Shown here in pieces: positions 20,974 to 31,014 of a stretch of DNA of 54,409 bases; the first letter of the stretch is position 1, and each line of letters opens with the position of its first letter. This DNA is from Candidatus Aerophobota bacterium (GTDB taxonomy: Bacteria; Aerophobota; Aerophobia; Aerophobales; JAGGVN01), in NCBI GenBank assembly GCA_021158005.1, contig JAGGVN010000129.1, forward strand, positions 1 through 54,409. Reading direction: 5' to 3'. A program made the translations under genes and the position numbers. Under the pieces are notes generated by a model that saw only the letters and a program-made list of their open reading frames with translations, was not told the origin of the DNA and made no database searches.

Positions 20974-21353
20974 GAATTTATCCCCTACAACAAGATATTT
21001 GAGGGGGAATGAAGAGCATTTTCTCCCTCAACGCAAAAAGCTCTCCCCTTTTTTTGGAACCATACTTACTAACTTATTCAAAGAAGTTATTGAAATTCCT
21101 ATACCTTAATAATGGGCACAAAAATAAAAAATTTCTTTTCTCTAAAATTATCTTGCAACTCTAAGTTGGAAATACTCTTTATGTTTTATTATATTGATAT
21201 CTTTAATAAAGTCAAAATTGGTTAAGTATTTGGAATTTTGCGGGGAGTTTGGTAAATTCAAAATTTATGATATAGTAGATATCGGTTTAGATAATCAGGA
21301 CTTACAATTGAACTTTTTGAGTTTGTTCTGTTTGAGCTATTAAAGAGATAAAT

Positions 21354-21381
21354 TTGACAAACCTTTTGTAATTACTAAAAT
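21354..21381 (+). promoter_or_regulatory. sigma-70-type promoter for tRNA-Glu
   Basis: TTGACA (21354-21359), a 16-nt spacer, TAAAAT (21376-21381), 21 nt upstream of the tRNA 5' end. Confidence 0.6.
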
Positions 21382-21402
21382 ATTTTTATACGAAGCAGGC
21401 AG

Positions 21403-21475
21403 GGCGCTATCGTCTAGGGGACAAGGATAGGTGGTTCTCAGCCATCAGACCGGGGTTCGAATCCCCGTAGCGCCA
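21403..21475 (+). tRNA. tRNA-Glu (anticodon CUC)
   Basis: Hand-folded cloverleaf. Acceptor GGCGCTA/TAGCGCC; 3-bp D stem GTC/GAT as in tRNA-Glu; anticodon stem GGTGG/CCATC with loop TTCTCAG (CTC at 34-36); T arm CGGGG-TTCGAAT-CCCCG; discriminator A. CCA is not encoded. Confidence 0.9.
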
Positions 21476-21518
21476 TAAGTTAAGGATAAAAAGGAATAAT
21501 TCTGGAGGGAGGAAGATA

Positions 21519-21950
21519 TTGGAGACATATATTCCCAAAAAAGAAGAAATTAAGAGAAAATGGTTCTTAATAAATGCGGAAGGGGAAATTCTCGGAAGAT
21601 TAGCAGTAAAAATTGCTAAGATTTTGTCAGGTAAAGAGAAACCTATTTATACACCCCATTTAGATGTGGGAGATTTTGTAGTGGTAATAAATGCGGAGAA
21701 GATAAAAGTTACCGGGAATAAAAAAGAGAAAAAGGTGTATTATCGTCATTCGGGTTACCCCGGAGGATTGAAAAAGAAGACTTACGAAGAAATTTTAAAG
21801 GAAAATCCCGAGCGGATAATCAAAGAAGCTGTTAAAGGAATGCTTCCTAAAAATAAGTTGGGTAGACGAATGTTTAAGAAGCTCAAGGTTTATAAAGGTT
21901 CAGATTATCCTCATCGAGCACAAAAACCGGTGCCGCTCGATAGCAAGTAA
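21519..21950 (+). CDS. rplM: 50S ribosomal protein L13
   Basis: [35 protein letters not shown] and [10 protein letters not shown] blocks. TTG start after GGAGGGAGG. Confidence 0.92.
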   Translation: METYIPKKEEIKRKWFLINAEGEILGRLAVKIAKILSGKEKPIYTPHLDVGDFVVVINAEKIKVTGNKKEKKVYYRHSGYPGGLKKKTYEEILKENPERIIKEAVKGMLPKNKLGRRMFKKLKVYKGSDYPHRAQKPVPLDSK

Positions 21951-22082
21951 TAAGTAGTTCATTGTAGTTTCTATGAGAAAACTAAATAAATGGATTATCC
22001 CAAAAAGGTAGTTATAATCTTTAAGCGCTGTATAAAGAGAAAGTAAAGTTTATGGAGATTATAAAATAATAAGGAAGGGAAA

Positions 22083-24842
22083 ATGGATTTTGGTAAAACT
22101 TTAAATCTTCCTCAAACAAATTTTCCTATGAAGGCAAATCTTCCTCAGAAAGAGCCTGAAATTATTTCTTTCTGGGAAAAAGAGAATATATATGAGAAGA
22201 TAAGAGAGAAAAGAAAAGGTAGTCCTAAGTACGTTCTTCATGATGGTCCTCCTTACCCTAATGGAGATATACATCTGGGGCAGGCTCTTAATAAGATCCT
22301 TAAAGATATGGTTATTAAATATAAGACGATGCAGGGTTTTGATGCTCATTATATTCCCGGCTGGGATTGCCATGGACTTCCTGTAGAACACCAGCTATTT
22401 AAAAAACTGGGAATAGGGAAAGAAGAAATTTCCCGTTTAGATTTTAGAAAGAAAGCACGCCAGTACGCTTATTACTTTGTTAATAAACAGAGGGATGAGT
22501 TTAAAAGATTAGGAGTATTAGGAAGGTGGGAAAAACCTTATTTAACTATGGATTCTTTATATGAAGCAGAGGTTATAAAAGCTTTTGGAAAATTATCGGA
22601 AAAAGGGTATATCTATCGAGGAACCAAGCCTGTTCATTGGTGCTTCAAATGTCAGACAGCCTTAGCAGAAGCGGAGGTAGAATATAAAGAGAGAGTTGAT
22701 CCTTCTATTTATGTAAAATTTTTATTAGAAGATGACCTCACTTTTTTATCTTCGCGGTTACCTGTATATCTTCTGGTTTGGACTACAACTCCCTGGACTC
22801 TTCCCGCAAACTTAGCCGTAGCTCTTCATCCTGAATATACTTATTCTTTTATACAAATGGAAAAAGAAATTCTTCTTACTGCTTCGGATTTGTGGGAGAA
22901 AATAAAGAGAGAAACAGGACAAAAAGAGAAAAAACTCCTTTTTACTTTAAAAGGAAGGAAATTGGAAGGAATAAAATATATCTCTCCTTTTACAAAGAAG
23001 AGAGGACTTATTTTTATGGCTGAGTTTGTAACTTTAGAGGAAGGAACAGGATGTGTGCACATTGCTCCTGGGCACGGCGAAGAGGACTATCTTCTGGGAA
23101 TTAAACATAATTTACCTATCTTTTCTCCGGTGAATGAGAAAGGCGAATTTACTTTTGAAGTTAAGGAATTAGAGGGAGTATCTGTTTTTGAAGCTAATGC
23201 TTTAATTATAAATAAACTTAAAGAAAATGGTTCTCTTTTTTGGTCAGGTTCAACCTTCCATTCCTATCCTCATTGCTGGAGATGTAAATCTCCTCTTATT
23301 TTTCGCTCTACTCCTCAATGGTTTTTAAATGTAGATAAACATAGTTTACGAAAGAAAGCTATAGACTCCGTTATGAAAGAAGTAAAATGGATTCCTCCCA
23401 GAGGAAGGTTGAGAATTAAAAGTATGCTTGAAGAGCGTCCAGATTGGTGTCTTTCTCGGCAGAGGTATTGGGGGGTGGGGATTCCCGCTCTTTACTGCCG
23501 GTCTTGTGGCAGAGCCATATTAAGTAAGAAAGTGATAGAAAGAATATCCTCTTTGGTAGCGAAAGAAAATTCGGATATCTGGTTTAAAGAGAAAGTAGAA
23601 AACATTGTCCCTGCTGATTTTAAATGTCCCCATTGCCAGGGGAAGAAGTTCAGGAAAGAGGAAGATATCTTTGATGTTTGGTTTGAGGCGGGAATATCGC
23701 ATCAAGCAGTAACTTCTAAGGAGAAATCTTTACGAGAACCAGCAGATCTATATTTAGAAGGTTCGGACCAACACCGAGGATGGTTTCAAGTTTCCCTTCT
23801 TACTTCTTTAGCTCTTAAAGAGAGGCCTCCTTATTTAAGTGTTCTTACACATGGATTTACGGTAGATTCTCAGGGAAAGAAGATGTCTAAATCTCTTGGT
23901 AATGTGATTGATCCTCAGGATATTGTAAGGAGTAGAGGTGCAGATATTTTGAGGCTCTGGGTTTCTCTGGTTGATTACACTCAAGATATCGCTATTTCCG
24001 AGAAAATTCTAAATTTCTCTGCAGAGATCTACAGGAGAATAAGAAATACCTCCCGATTTCTTTTAGGTAATATTTTTGACTTTGATCCTTCAAAGGATGC
24101 GATACCTGTTGAAAAAATGCGAGAAATAGATAGATATATTCTTTTGCGTCTTCAAAGAGTGATCAAGGAGGTTACGGAGAATTTTGAGGAATTTAAATTT
24201 TATAAAGCTATTCATCTGATTCAGAATTTTGTAAAAGTTGAACTGAGTTCTTTTTATCTGGATGCTTTAAAAGATAGACTTTATACTTTCTCTCGCAATT
24301 CTCAAGAAAGAAGGTCTGCGCAAACAGTTCTTTATCAAGTTCTGGTAAATTTAACCAAACTTATTTCTCCTATTCTCTCTTTTACTTCGGAAGAGATCTG
24401 GGGTTATATTCAGGGAAGCTCCAGGGAGGAAGAGAGTATTTTTCTTTCTTCCTGGCCTAAAATAAATGAAGATTTAATAGATAAGGAATTAGAAAAAAAG
24501 TGGACAGAGGTCCTGAAAGTAAGAGAAATAGTCCTTAAAGAGTTAGAAGAGGCGAGGGTAAATAAGAAAATTTATTCTTCTCTCGAAGCTCGCATTCTTA
24601 TAAAAGCTCCTTCACATCTCTTTTCTCTTTTGAAGAGTTTAGGTGAAGAGCTTAAAGAAGTGTTTATTGTTTCTCAAGTAGAACTTGAAGAAGCTGATGA
24701 GTTAGAAGTAGAGGTGAAGAAGGCTTACGGAAAAAAGTGTGAGCGTTGTTGGAATTATAGCCCTTATGTGGGGAGAAATAAAAATTATCCTACCATTTGT
24801 GAGAAGTGTTTAAGGGTAATTACCCGGACCCGAATCCCTTAA
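22083..24842 (+). CDS. ileS: isoleucine--tRNA ligase
   Basis: [12 protein letters not shown] (HIGH), KMSKSLGN, and C-terminal zinc-binding CERCWNY...CEKC. Confidence 0.95.
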   Translation: MDFGKTLNLPQTNFPMKANLPQKEPEIISFWEKENIYEKIREKRKGSPKYVLHDGPPYPNGDIHLGQALNKILKDMVIKYKTMQGFDAHYIPGWDCHGLPVEHQLFKKLGIGKEEISRLDFRKKARQYAYYFVNKQRDEFKRLGVLGRWEKPYLTMDSLYEAEVIKAFGKLSEKGYIYRGTKPVHWCFKCQTALAEAEVEYKERVDPSIYVKFLLEDDLTFLSSRLPVYLLVWTTTPWTLPANLAVALHPEYTYSFIQMEKEILLTASDLWEKIKRETGQKEKKLLFTLKGRKLEGIKYISPFTKKRGLIFMAEFVTLEEGTGCVHIAPGHGEEDYLLGIKHNLPIFSPVNEKGEFTFEVKELEGVSVFEANALIINKLKENGSLFWSGSTFHSYPHCWRCKSPLIFRSTPQWFLNVDKHSLRKKAIDSVMKEVKWIPPRGRLRIKSMLEERPDWCLSRQRYWGVGIPALYCRSCGRAILSKKVIERISSLVAKENSDIWFKEKVENIVPADFKCPHCQGKKFRKEEDIFDVWFEAGISHQAVTSKEKSLREPADLYLEGSDQHRGWFQVSLLTSLALKERPPYLSVLTHGFTVDSQGKKMSKSLGNVIDPQDIVRSRGADILRLWVSLVDYTQDIAISEKILNFSAEIYRRIRNTSRFLLGNIFDFDPSKDAIPVEKMREIDRYILLRLQRVIKEVTENFEEFKFYKAIHLIQNFVKVELSSFYLDALKDRLYTFSRNSQERRSAQTVLYQVLVNLTKLISPILSFTSEEIWGYIQGSSREEESIFLSSWPKINEDLIDKELEKKWTEVLKVREIVLKELEEARVNKKIYSSLEARILIKAPSHLFSLLKSLGEELKEVFIVSQVELEEADELEVEVKKAYGKKCERCWNYSPYVGRNKNYPTICEKCLRVITRTRIP

Positions 24843-24940
24843 TAATACTTTGAAGATAGAGATTACAGAAGAGGGAGGTAGTTATTGGGGAACTTTCTTC
24901 GAAGCAGTGGTGGGTAGACTAACGAAATTTGGTTCTTAAA

Positions 24941-25921
24941 ATGAGGGAAAATTTACTATGTAAAAAAGGAAAATCCCCGGATATTTTTGATTTTACGGTA
25001 GAAAATAAGAAAGGAGAGAGGCTGGACCTTTTTATAAAGAAGAAATTTCCCCATCTTTCTCGTTCTTTTATTCAGAGATTAATTGTTGAAGGAAAAGTTT
25101 TCGTAGAAGGAAGAGTCTTGAAGCCAGCCTATTCTTTAAAAGGTGGAGAAAGAATCCGGGTAATTTTTCCTCCTCCCCGTGAACTTTCCCTAAGAGGGGA
25201 ATGTATCTGTCTCGATATTCTCTGGGAGGATGATTTCCTTTTAGTAGTAAATAAACCCGCGGGGATGTTAACCCATCCTACCCGTTTTGGACAGAGAGGA
25301 ACATTGGTTAACGCTCTTCTTTTTCACTGTCCTTATCTTTCTCAGGTAGGTGGTCCCCTACGTCAGGGGATTGTTCATCGTCTGGATAAGGATACTTCAG
25401 GGCTTTTGGTAATAGCAAAAGATGACAGCACTCATTTAGCTCTGAGAGAAGAGTTTAAGAGACGGATGGTGAAAAAAGTTTATTTAGCTTTAGTGAGAGG
25501 TAAACCTTCTCAGGAAGAGGGGAGTATAGAAGCGCAGATTGGGAGAAGTCCCCGAAAGGGAATAAGGATGTCTCTAAAAGGGAAAAATCCTCGTCAGGCA
25601 AGAACAGATTATCGACTTTTAAAGGAGTGGGGAAAGTGGAGTTTGCTGGAATTGTCTCCAAAGACAGGAAGAACTCATCAGATTCGTCTTCACCTACATT
25701 GTATTAATTGTTTTTTGATAGGGGATCCCTTCTACGGAGGGAAGGGAGGGAGAGATTTTCCGGGTAAAGTGAAGAGAGGAATGCTTCATGCTCAAAAGTT
25801 GGGTTTTTTCCATCCTCAAAGAAGAGAGTGGATGGAATTTGAAGCTCCTCTTCCTCAAGATATGAGAGAAGCTATTGACTATTTAGACAAAATAGGGAGA
25901 GAGAATGAAGTTAAAGGATAA
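24941..25921 (+). CDS. rluD: RluA-family 23S rRNA pseudouridine synthase (RluD-like)
   Basis: N-terminal S4-like domain, catalytic HRLDKDTSGLLVIAK, and TGRTHQIRLH. The start could instead be TTG 24929. Confidence 0.85.
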   Translation: MRENLLCKKGKSPDIFDFTVENKKGERLDLFIKKKFPHLSRSFIQRLIVEGKVFVEGRVLKPAYSLKGGERIRVIFPPPRELSLRGECICLDILWEDDFLLVVNKPAGMLTHPTRFGQRGTLVNALLFHCPYLSQVGGPLRQGIVHRLDKDTSGLLVIAKDDSTHLALREEFKRRMVKKVYLALVRGKPSQEEGSIEAQIGRSPRKGIRMSLKGKNPRQARTDYRLLKEWGKWSLLELSPKTGRTHQIRLHLHCINCFLIGDPFYGGKGGRDFPGKVKRGMLHAQKLGFFHPQRREWMEFEAPLPQDMREAIDYLDKIGRENEVKG

Positions 25922-26648
25922 AGTAGCCATAGTTACCGGAGGAGCAGGAGGAATTGGAAAAGAAATTTCTCTGAGGTTAGCTGAAGAGGGGGCAAATGTT
26001 GTCATATTTGATATTGAGGAGACTTTAGCTAAAAAGGTAGTAAAGGAGATAGAGAAGAAAGGGAAGAAAGTTTTTGCTTTTAAGGTAAATATTGGTAATT
26101 ATCAGGAGGTATTAAAGGCGGTAAAAGAAGTAATTGACAAATTTGGCCGGATTGATATATTGATTAATAATGCCGGTATTACCCGAGATAACCTGCTCCT
26201 GCGAATGAAAGAGGAAGAATGGGATTTAGTCTTAAAAGTTAATCTGAAGGGAGTCTTTAATTGTCTTAAGGCAGTAGTAAGAATAATGATGAAGCAAAAG
26301 TATGGAAGAATAGTTAATATCTCTTCCGTTGTAGGGTTGAAAGGGAATGCAGGACAGGTAAATTATGCGGCTTCTAAAGCGGGAATTATCGGGGTAACTA
26401 AATCTTTAGCTAAGGAGTTAGCGCCACGAGGAATTACTGTTAATGCTATTGCTCCGGGATTCATTGAAGGCACTCCTATGACTGAAAAGTTAGAAGAGAG
26501 AGAAAAAGAGAAATTTCTCAGGCAAATTCCTTTAGGGAGAGCAGGGAAACCCCGGGAAGTAGCTAACCTTGTTTTCTATCTAGTTGGGGAGGAAGCTTCC
26601 TATATTACTGGAGAAGTAATCAGGATAGATGGAGGGATGGCTATTTAA
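25905..26648 (+). CDS. fabG: 3-oxoacyl-ACP reductase
   Basis: VTGGAGGIGK and YAASKAG SDR motifs. Lies immediately upstream of acpP-fabF. Confidence 0.9.
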   Translation: MKLKDKVAIVTGGAGGIGKEISLRLAEEGANVVIFDIEETLAKKVVKEIEKKGKKVFAFKVNIGNYQEVLKAVKEVIDKFGRIDILINNAGITRDNLLLRMKEEEWDLVLKVNLKGVFNCLKAVVRIMMKQKYGRIVNISSVVGLKGNAGQVNYAASKAGIIGVTKSLAKELAPRGITVNAIAPGFIEGTPMTEKLEEREKEKFLRQIPLGRAGKPREVANLVFYLVGEEASYITGEVIRIDGGMAI

Positions 26649-26668
26649 TTTAAATTGGAGGTTAAATA

Positions 26669-26914
26669 ATGAACAAGGATGAAATCCTGAAAAAGGTAAA
26701 AGAGATTACCAGTGAACAGTTAGGAGTAGATGAGTCCCAGATTACTCCTGAGGCGAAGTTTGTTGATGATCTGGGAGCTGATTCTCTGGACACAGTGGAG
26801 CTAATTATGGCACTTGAGGAAGAATTTAATCTGGAAATTTCTGATGAGGAAGCAGAAAAACTGGTTACGGTAGAAGAAGTAGTAAATTATATTGATACTC
26901 ATTTAAAGGGATAA
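26669..26914 (+). CDS. acpP: acyl carrier protein
   Basis: 81 aa with the [19 protein letters not shown] phosphopantetheine site. Confidence 0.95.
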   Translation: MNKDEILKKVKEITSEQLGVDESQITPEAKFVDDLGADSLDTVELIMALEEEFNLEISDEEAEKLVTVEEVVNYIDTHLKG

Positions 26915-26925
26915 CTTTTCGAAAA

Positions 26926-28170
26926 ATGAAATTGCGGGTAGTAGTTACGGGAATGGGGGTAATTTCTCCTATAGGGATTGGGCTAAGGAATTTTGAAGAG
27001 GCACTTTTTGCCGGAAAGAGCGGAATTACCCGTATAACGCATTTTGATGCCTCTTCTTATCCGTCTCAAATTGCTGGAGAAGTGAAGAACTTTGATTGTC
27101 GAGGTCATCTTTCGCCCAAGGAAATTAGACGAATGGATAGATTTACTCAGTTCGGGATGGTAGCGGCAGAGGAAGCTATAAAAGGAGCGGGAATAGACCT
27201 TGAGAGAGAGGATCGGCGGAAGATAGGAATTTTGGTGGGTTCAGGAGTGGGGGGACTTTCTACTATTGAAAGAGAAGAAACGGTGCTTATAAAGAAAGGA
27301 CCTCAAAGGGTGAGTCCTTTTTTAATTCCCATGCTTATTACGGATATGGTCTCTGCGCAGATTGCTATTCGTTATAAGTTTTCCGGACCGAATTTTTCTA
27401 TTTCCACTGCCTGCGCTACCGGAACTCATTCTATAGGAGAAGCTTTTAAGATTATTCAAAGAGGGGATGCTAAGGTAATGATTGCCGGGGGAGCAGAAGC
27501 GGCGGTTACCCCCTTGGGATTGGCGGGTTTTTGTTCAATGAAGGCTTTATCTACAAGAAATGAGGAGCCAGAGAAGGCTTCTCGTCCTTTTGATAGGGAA
27601 AGAGATGGTTTTGTGATTGGAGAAGGAGCAGGAATAGTAGTTTTAGAGGAGCTGGAGCGGGCTAAAAAGAGAGGAGCTTTTATCTGGGGAGAGATTATAG
27701 GTTTTGGGATGAGTGCAGATGCTTATCATGTAACTCAACCCTTAAAGGAAGGAAGGGGACTCAAAGAAGCTATGGTTATGGCTATGAAAGATGCAGGAAT
27801 ATCCTGTGAAGAAGTAGATTATATAAATGCTCATGGGACTTCCACTCCTTACAATGATAAGGTAGAAACTCAAGCTATTAAATCTCTTTTTAATAGTTAT
27901 GCTATGGAAGTCCCGGTAAGTTCCATTAAGTCTATGACTGGTCATCTTCTGGGAGCATCAGGGGGAGTAGAGATAATTGCTTCTCTTCTTGCTTTAAATA
28001 GAGGGATTATTCCTCCTACTATTAATTATGAGTATCCTGACCCGGAGTGTGATTTGGATTATGTTCCCAATAAGGCAAGAGAGGCTAAGATAAAGGTTGT
28101 GCTTTCAAATTCTATGGGTTTTGGGGGACATAATGCGGTTTTGATACTTAAGAAGTACGAAGGAGGTTAA
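26926..28170 (+). CDS. fabF: 3-oxoacyl-ACP synthase II
   Basis: Active-site ISTACATG Cys, AYHVTQP and NAHGTSTP His residues, and C-terminal [10 protein letters not shown]. Confidence 0.92.
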   Translation: MKLRVVVTGMGVISPIGIGLRNFEEALFAGKSGITRITHFDASSYPSQIAGEVKNFDCRGHLSPKEIRRMDRFTQFGMVAAEEAIKGAGIDLEREDRRKIGILVGSGVGGLSTIEREETVLIKKGPQRVSPFLIPMLITDMVSAQIAIRYKFSGPNFSISTACATGTHSIGEAFKIIQRGDAKVMIAGGAEAAVTPLGLAGFCSMKALSTRNEEPEKASRPFDRERDGFVIGEGAGIVVLEELERAKKRGAFIWGEIIGFGMSADAYHVTQPLKEGRGLKEAMVMAMKDAGISCEEVDYINAHGTSTPYNDKVETQAIKSLFNSYAMEVPVSSIKSMTGHLLGASGGVEIIASLLALNRGIIPPTINYEYPDPECDLDYVPNKAREAKIKVVLSNSMGFGGHNAVLILKKYEGG

Positions 28171-28851
28171 ATGGAAATTAGTTTATTACGTCAAAAAGCT
28201 TTAAAAGAATTGCAAAGGAATCTCAAGATAAATTTTTCAAATTTAGAACTTCTTAATCAAGCTTTAACCCATAGTTCTAAAGAACCAATTTTTCATAATG
28301 AAAGATTGGAGTTTTTAGGAGATGCGGTGTTAGGAGTGGTAGTAGGAGAATATCTTTTCCGAAAGTTTCCCTATTTAGAAGAAGGAGCTCTATCCAAACT
28401 TAAAGGAATGATTGTCTCTGAAGAGAACCTTTCTCGGCATGCCCGAAAGATAGGGATAAAAGATTATATTTTAGTTGGTAAGAACCAGGAAGGAATTCAA
28501 TCTCAAGATTCTCTATTAGCCGATGTTTATGAGGCCATAATAGGAGCTATTTATTTAGACAAGGGATGGAATGTAGTATTCCATTTCGTAGTGGATTCTC
28601 TTATTAAAGAGGAAGAGATTCAACGAATGAGAGATTTTAAATCAGATCTTCAAGAATACACTCAGTCTCTTTATAAAACGATACCTGAGTACGAGTTAGT
28701 AGAAGAAGTAGGTCCTGACCATCTTAAGAGATTCAGAGTAAAGGTGAGGATAGGAAAAAAGATTTGGGGTGAAGGGTGGGGGTCCAGTAAAAAGAGAGCA
28801 GAAAAGAGAGCTGCTCAATCTGCCTGGGAAAAAATTAAAAATGAGTATTAA
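28171..28851 (+). CDS. rnc: ribonuclease III
   Basis: NERLEFLGDAVL signature and a C-terminal dsRBD (KKRAEKRAAQSAWEKI). Confidence 0.93.
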   Translation: MEISLLRQKALKELQRNLKINFSNLELLNQALTHSSKEPIFHNERLEFLGDAVLGVVVGEYLFRKFPYLEEGALSKLKGMIVSEENLSRHARKIGIKDYILVGKNQEGIQSQDSLLADVYEAIIGAIYLDKGWNVVFHFVVDSLIKEEEIQRMRDFKSDLQEYTQSLYKTIPEYELVEEVGPDHLKRFRVKVRIGKKIWGEGWGSSKKRAEKRAAQSAWEKIKNEY

Positions 28852-30232
28852 TTCCGTAGGTGGGCAACGGTTAATGGTTGGTGTCTCCGGAGTAAGGGGA
28901 ATAGTAGGGAATAGTCTTGTTCCTGAGGTAGTAACCAAGTTTTCAGCTGCTTTTGGTAATCTGGTGCATAGAGGTAAAGTGATAGTTGGTGCGGATACCC
29001 GAACTTCCAATGATTTATTTAGATATGCTGTTTTTAGTGGTCTTCTTTCTGTAGGGTGTGAAGTGATTGATATAGGAATTTGCCCTACTCCTTCGGCCCA
29101 ACTTATGGTAGAGAAGTTAAAAGTAGAGGGAGGAATAGTTATTACTGGTAGTCACAATCCTGCTGAATGGAATGCGCTGAAATTTATTCGTCCTGATGGT
29201 CTTTTTCTTTACCCGGAAGAAGGAGAAAGACTTTTTTGTCTTTATAAAAAAGATGAAATAAAATATGTATCCTGGAATGAAATAAAGAGAGTTAATCGAG
29301 AAAAAGGTGCCATAGAGAATCATTTAGAGAAAGTCCTCAGTATAGTGGACAGAGAAAAAATTGCTCAAAAAAGATTTAAGGTAGTCGTTGATGCCTGTAA
29401 TGGAACCGGGGGATTAATTACTCCGGAGCTTCTCCGCAGGCTGGGATGTGAGGTTCTTACTATCAATTCTGAGCCTGATGGTTTTTTTGCTCATCCTCCT
29501 GAACCTGTTCCCTCCAATCTTGAGGCACTTTCCCGGATGGTAAAGTCTCAAGGGGCTGATATCGGTTTTGCTCATGATGCTGATGCCGATAGAGTAGCTA
29601 TAGTGACAGAAAAAGGAAATATTTTACCCGAAGATTACCCTCTTCTTTTAGTCACTAAATTTATTCTGGGCAAAAGGAAAGGATTGGTGGTAACTAATGT
29701 CTCTACTACTCAGGCTTTGGATGATATAGTTAGGGAATTTGGTTCCTTAGTAAAGCGAACAAAAGTTGGAGATATTAATGTTTCCCGATGTATGAAAGAA
29801 GAAAGAGCAGTAGTAGGGGGGGAAGGAAATGGAGGGGTGATTATTCCCGAAATTCATTACGCTCGCGACGGAATAGCTGCAGTGGCTTTAATATTAGAGT
29901 ATATGGCAGACTCTGGAGAACCTATTTCTTATTTAGTATCGAATCTTCCTCGCTATTATATTATTAAGAAGAAAGTGAGATTCACCCAGGGTAATTTTTC
30001 TTTTTTAAAAGACCAGTTAAAGAGGGAATTTTATAAGAGTAGAATGGATTTTCTTGATGGGATTAAAATTATCCTGAATAAAGGTTGGATTCATATAAGA
30101 GCTTCGGGGACCGAGCCAATAGTTCGTATTATTGCCGAATCAAAGAACAGGGAAGAAGCAGAGAAATTATGTAATTTAGGCATAGAGAAGATAATGAAAA
30201 TTTCGAATTCCATAAAAAGGAGGAAGGAATGA
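28841..30232 (+). CDS. phosphohexomutase (phosphoglucosamine/phosphomannomutase family)
   Basis: VSGVRGIVG, the phosphoserine loop GIVITGSHNPAEWNALKF, FAHDADADR metal loop, GGEGNGG sugar loop and RASGTEP. Start placed at ATG 28841, overlapping the rnc stop by 11 nt. Confidence 0.85.
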   Translation: MSINSVGGQRLMVGVSGVRGIVGNSLVPEVVTKFSAAFGNLVHRGKVIVGADTRTSNDLFRYAVFSGLLSVGCEVIDIGICPTPSAQLMVEKLKVEGGIVITGSHNPAEWNALKFIRPDGLFLYPEEGERLFCLYKKDEIKYVSWNEIKRVNREKGAIENHLEKVLSIVDREKIAQKRFKVVVDACNGTGGLITPELLRRLGCEVLTINSEPDGFFAHPPEPVPSNLEALSRMVKSQGADIGFAHDADADRVAIVTEKGNILPEDYPLLLVTKFILGKRKGLVVTNVSTTQALDDIVREFGSLVKRTKVGDINVSRCMKEERAVVGGEGNGGVIIPEIHYARDGIAAVALILEYMADSGEPISYLVSNLPRYYIIKKKVRFTQGNFSFLKDQLKREFYKSRMDFLDGIKIILNKGWIHIRASGTEPIVRIIAESKNREEAEKLCNLGIEKIMKISNSIKRRKE

Positions 30233-31011
30233 GAGTGATTATTTCTAAAAATTACGAGGAGATGAGCAAGAAAGCTGCTGAAATTGTAGCTGAGAGATTA
30301 AGAAAAAAACCTGACCTGGTTCTGGGGTTAGCCACGGGAAGCACTCCCGTAGGAATGTATAAGGAGCTTATCCGTATGCATAAAGAAGGAAATCTGGACT
30401 TCTCCAAGGTAAAGACTTTTAATCTTGACGAATATTGTGGTCTTTCTCCAGATCATCCCCAGAGTTATCATTATTTTATGTGGGAGAATCTTTTTAATCA
30501 TATTAATATTAACCCAGCTAATGTTTATATTCCTTCCGGTGATATAGAAAATGTAGAAGCTTTTTGTAAATGGTATGAGGAAAAGATAAAAGAGGCTGGG
30601 GGTATAGACCTCCAGGTTTTAGGTATAGGAAGAGATGGTCACATCGGATTTAATGAACCAGGCTCATCATTGACTTCAAGAACGAGAATAAAAACTTTGA
30701 CTGAAGAGACAGTAGAGGATAATGCTCGCTTTTTTGAAAAAAAGGAAGATGTTCCTCGTTATGCGGTGAGTATGGGACTGGGAACCATAATGGAAGCTAA
30801 GGAATGTCTTCTTTTAGCTAATGGGGCTAATAAAGCAGAGGCAATTCAGAAGGCTATAGAAGGACCAGTCTCTGCAAGTATTACTGCTTCTCTTCTTCAA
30901 TTTCATCCCCGAGCAATCTTCATTCTTGATGAAGAAGCGAGTAAAAATTTAAAGAGGCGAGAATATTACAGGTATGTAGAAAGAATGGCTCAGAAACTAA
31001 AGGAGAGGTGA
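30229..31011 (+). CDS. nagB: glucosamine-6-phosphate deaminase
   Basis: GLATGSTP, FNLDEY and GIGRDGHIGFNEPGS motifs. Confidence 0.9.
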   Translation: MRVIISKNYEEMSKKAAEIVAERLRKKPDLVLGLATGSTPVGMYKELIRMHKEGNLDFSKVKTFNLDEYCGLSPDHPQSYHYFMWENLFNHININPANVYIPSGDIENVEAFCKWYEEKIKEAGGIDLQVLGIGRDGHIGFNEPGSSLTSRTRIKTLTEETVEDNARFFEKKEDVPRYAVSMGLGTIMEAKECLLLANGANKAEAIQKAIEGPVSASITASLLQFHPRAIFILDEEASKNLKRREYYRYVERMAQKLKER

Positions 31012-31014
31012 AAA

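Noticed and set aside
20999-21031. A 10-bp-stem hairpin (TTGAGGGGGA...TCTCCCTCAA) 25 nt upstream of the amrS start.
   Set aside because: No T-run on either strand, so it is not a convincing terminator. It occurs only once and I recognise no riboswitch or attenuator class. It may be a leader structure, but this is unsupported.
20974-21518. tRNA-Glu as an integration site for a genomic island or mobile element.
   Set aside because: There is no integrase, transposase or direct repeat of the tRNA 3' end anywhere in the window. The flanking genes are housekeeping.
21951-22082. T-box or other leader upstream of ileS (and likewise upstream of valS at 13258-13396).
   Set aside because: The spacers are only about 130-140 nt. 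They lack a recognisable specifier loop, T-box sequence or terminator/antiterminator pair.
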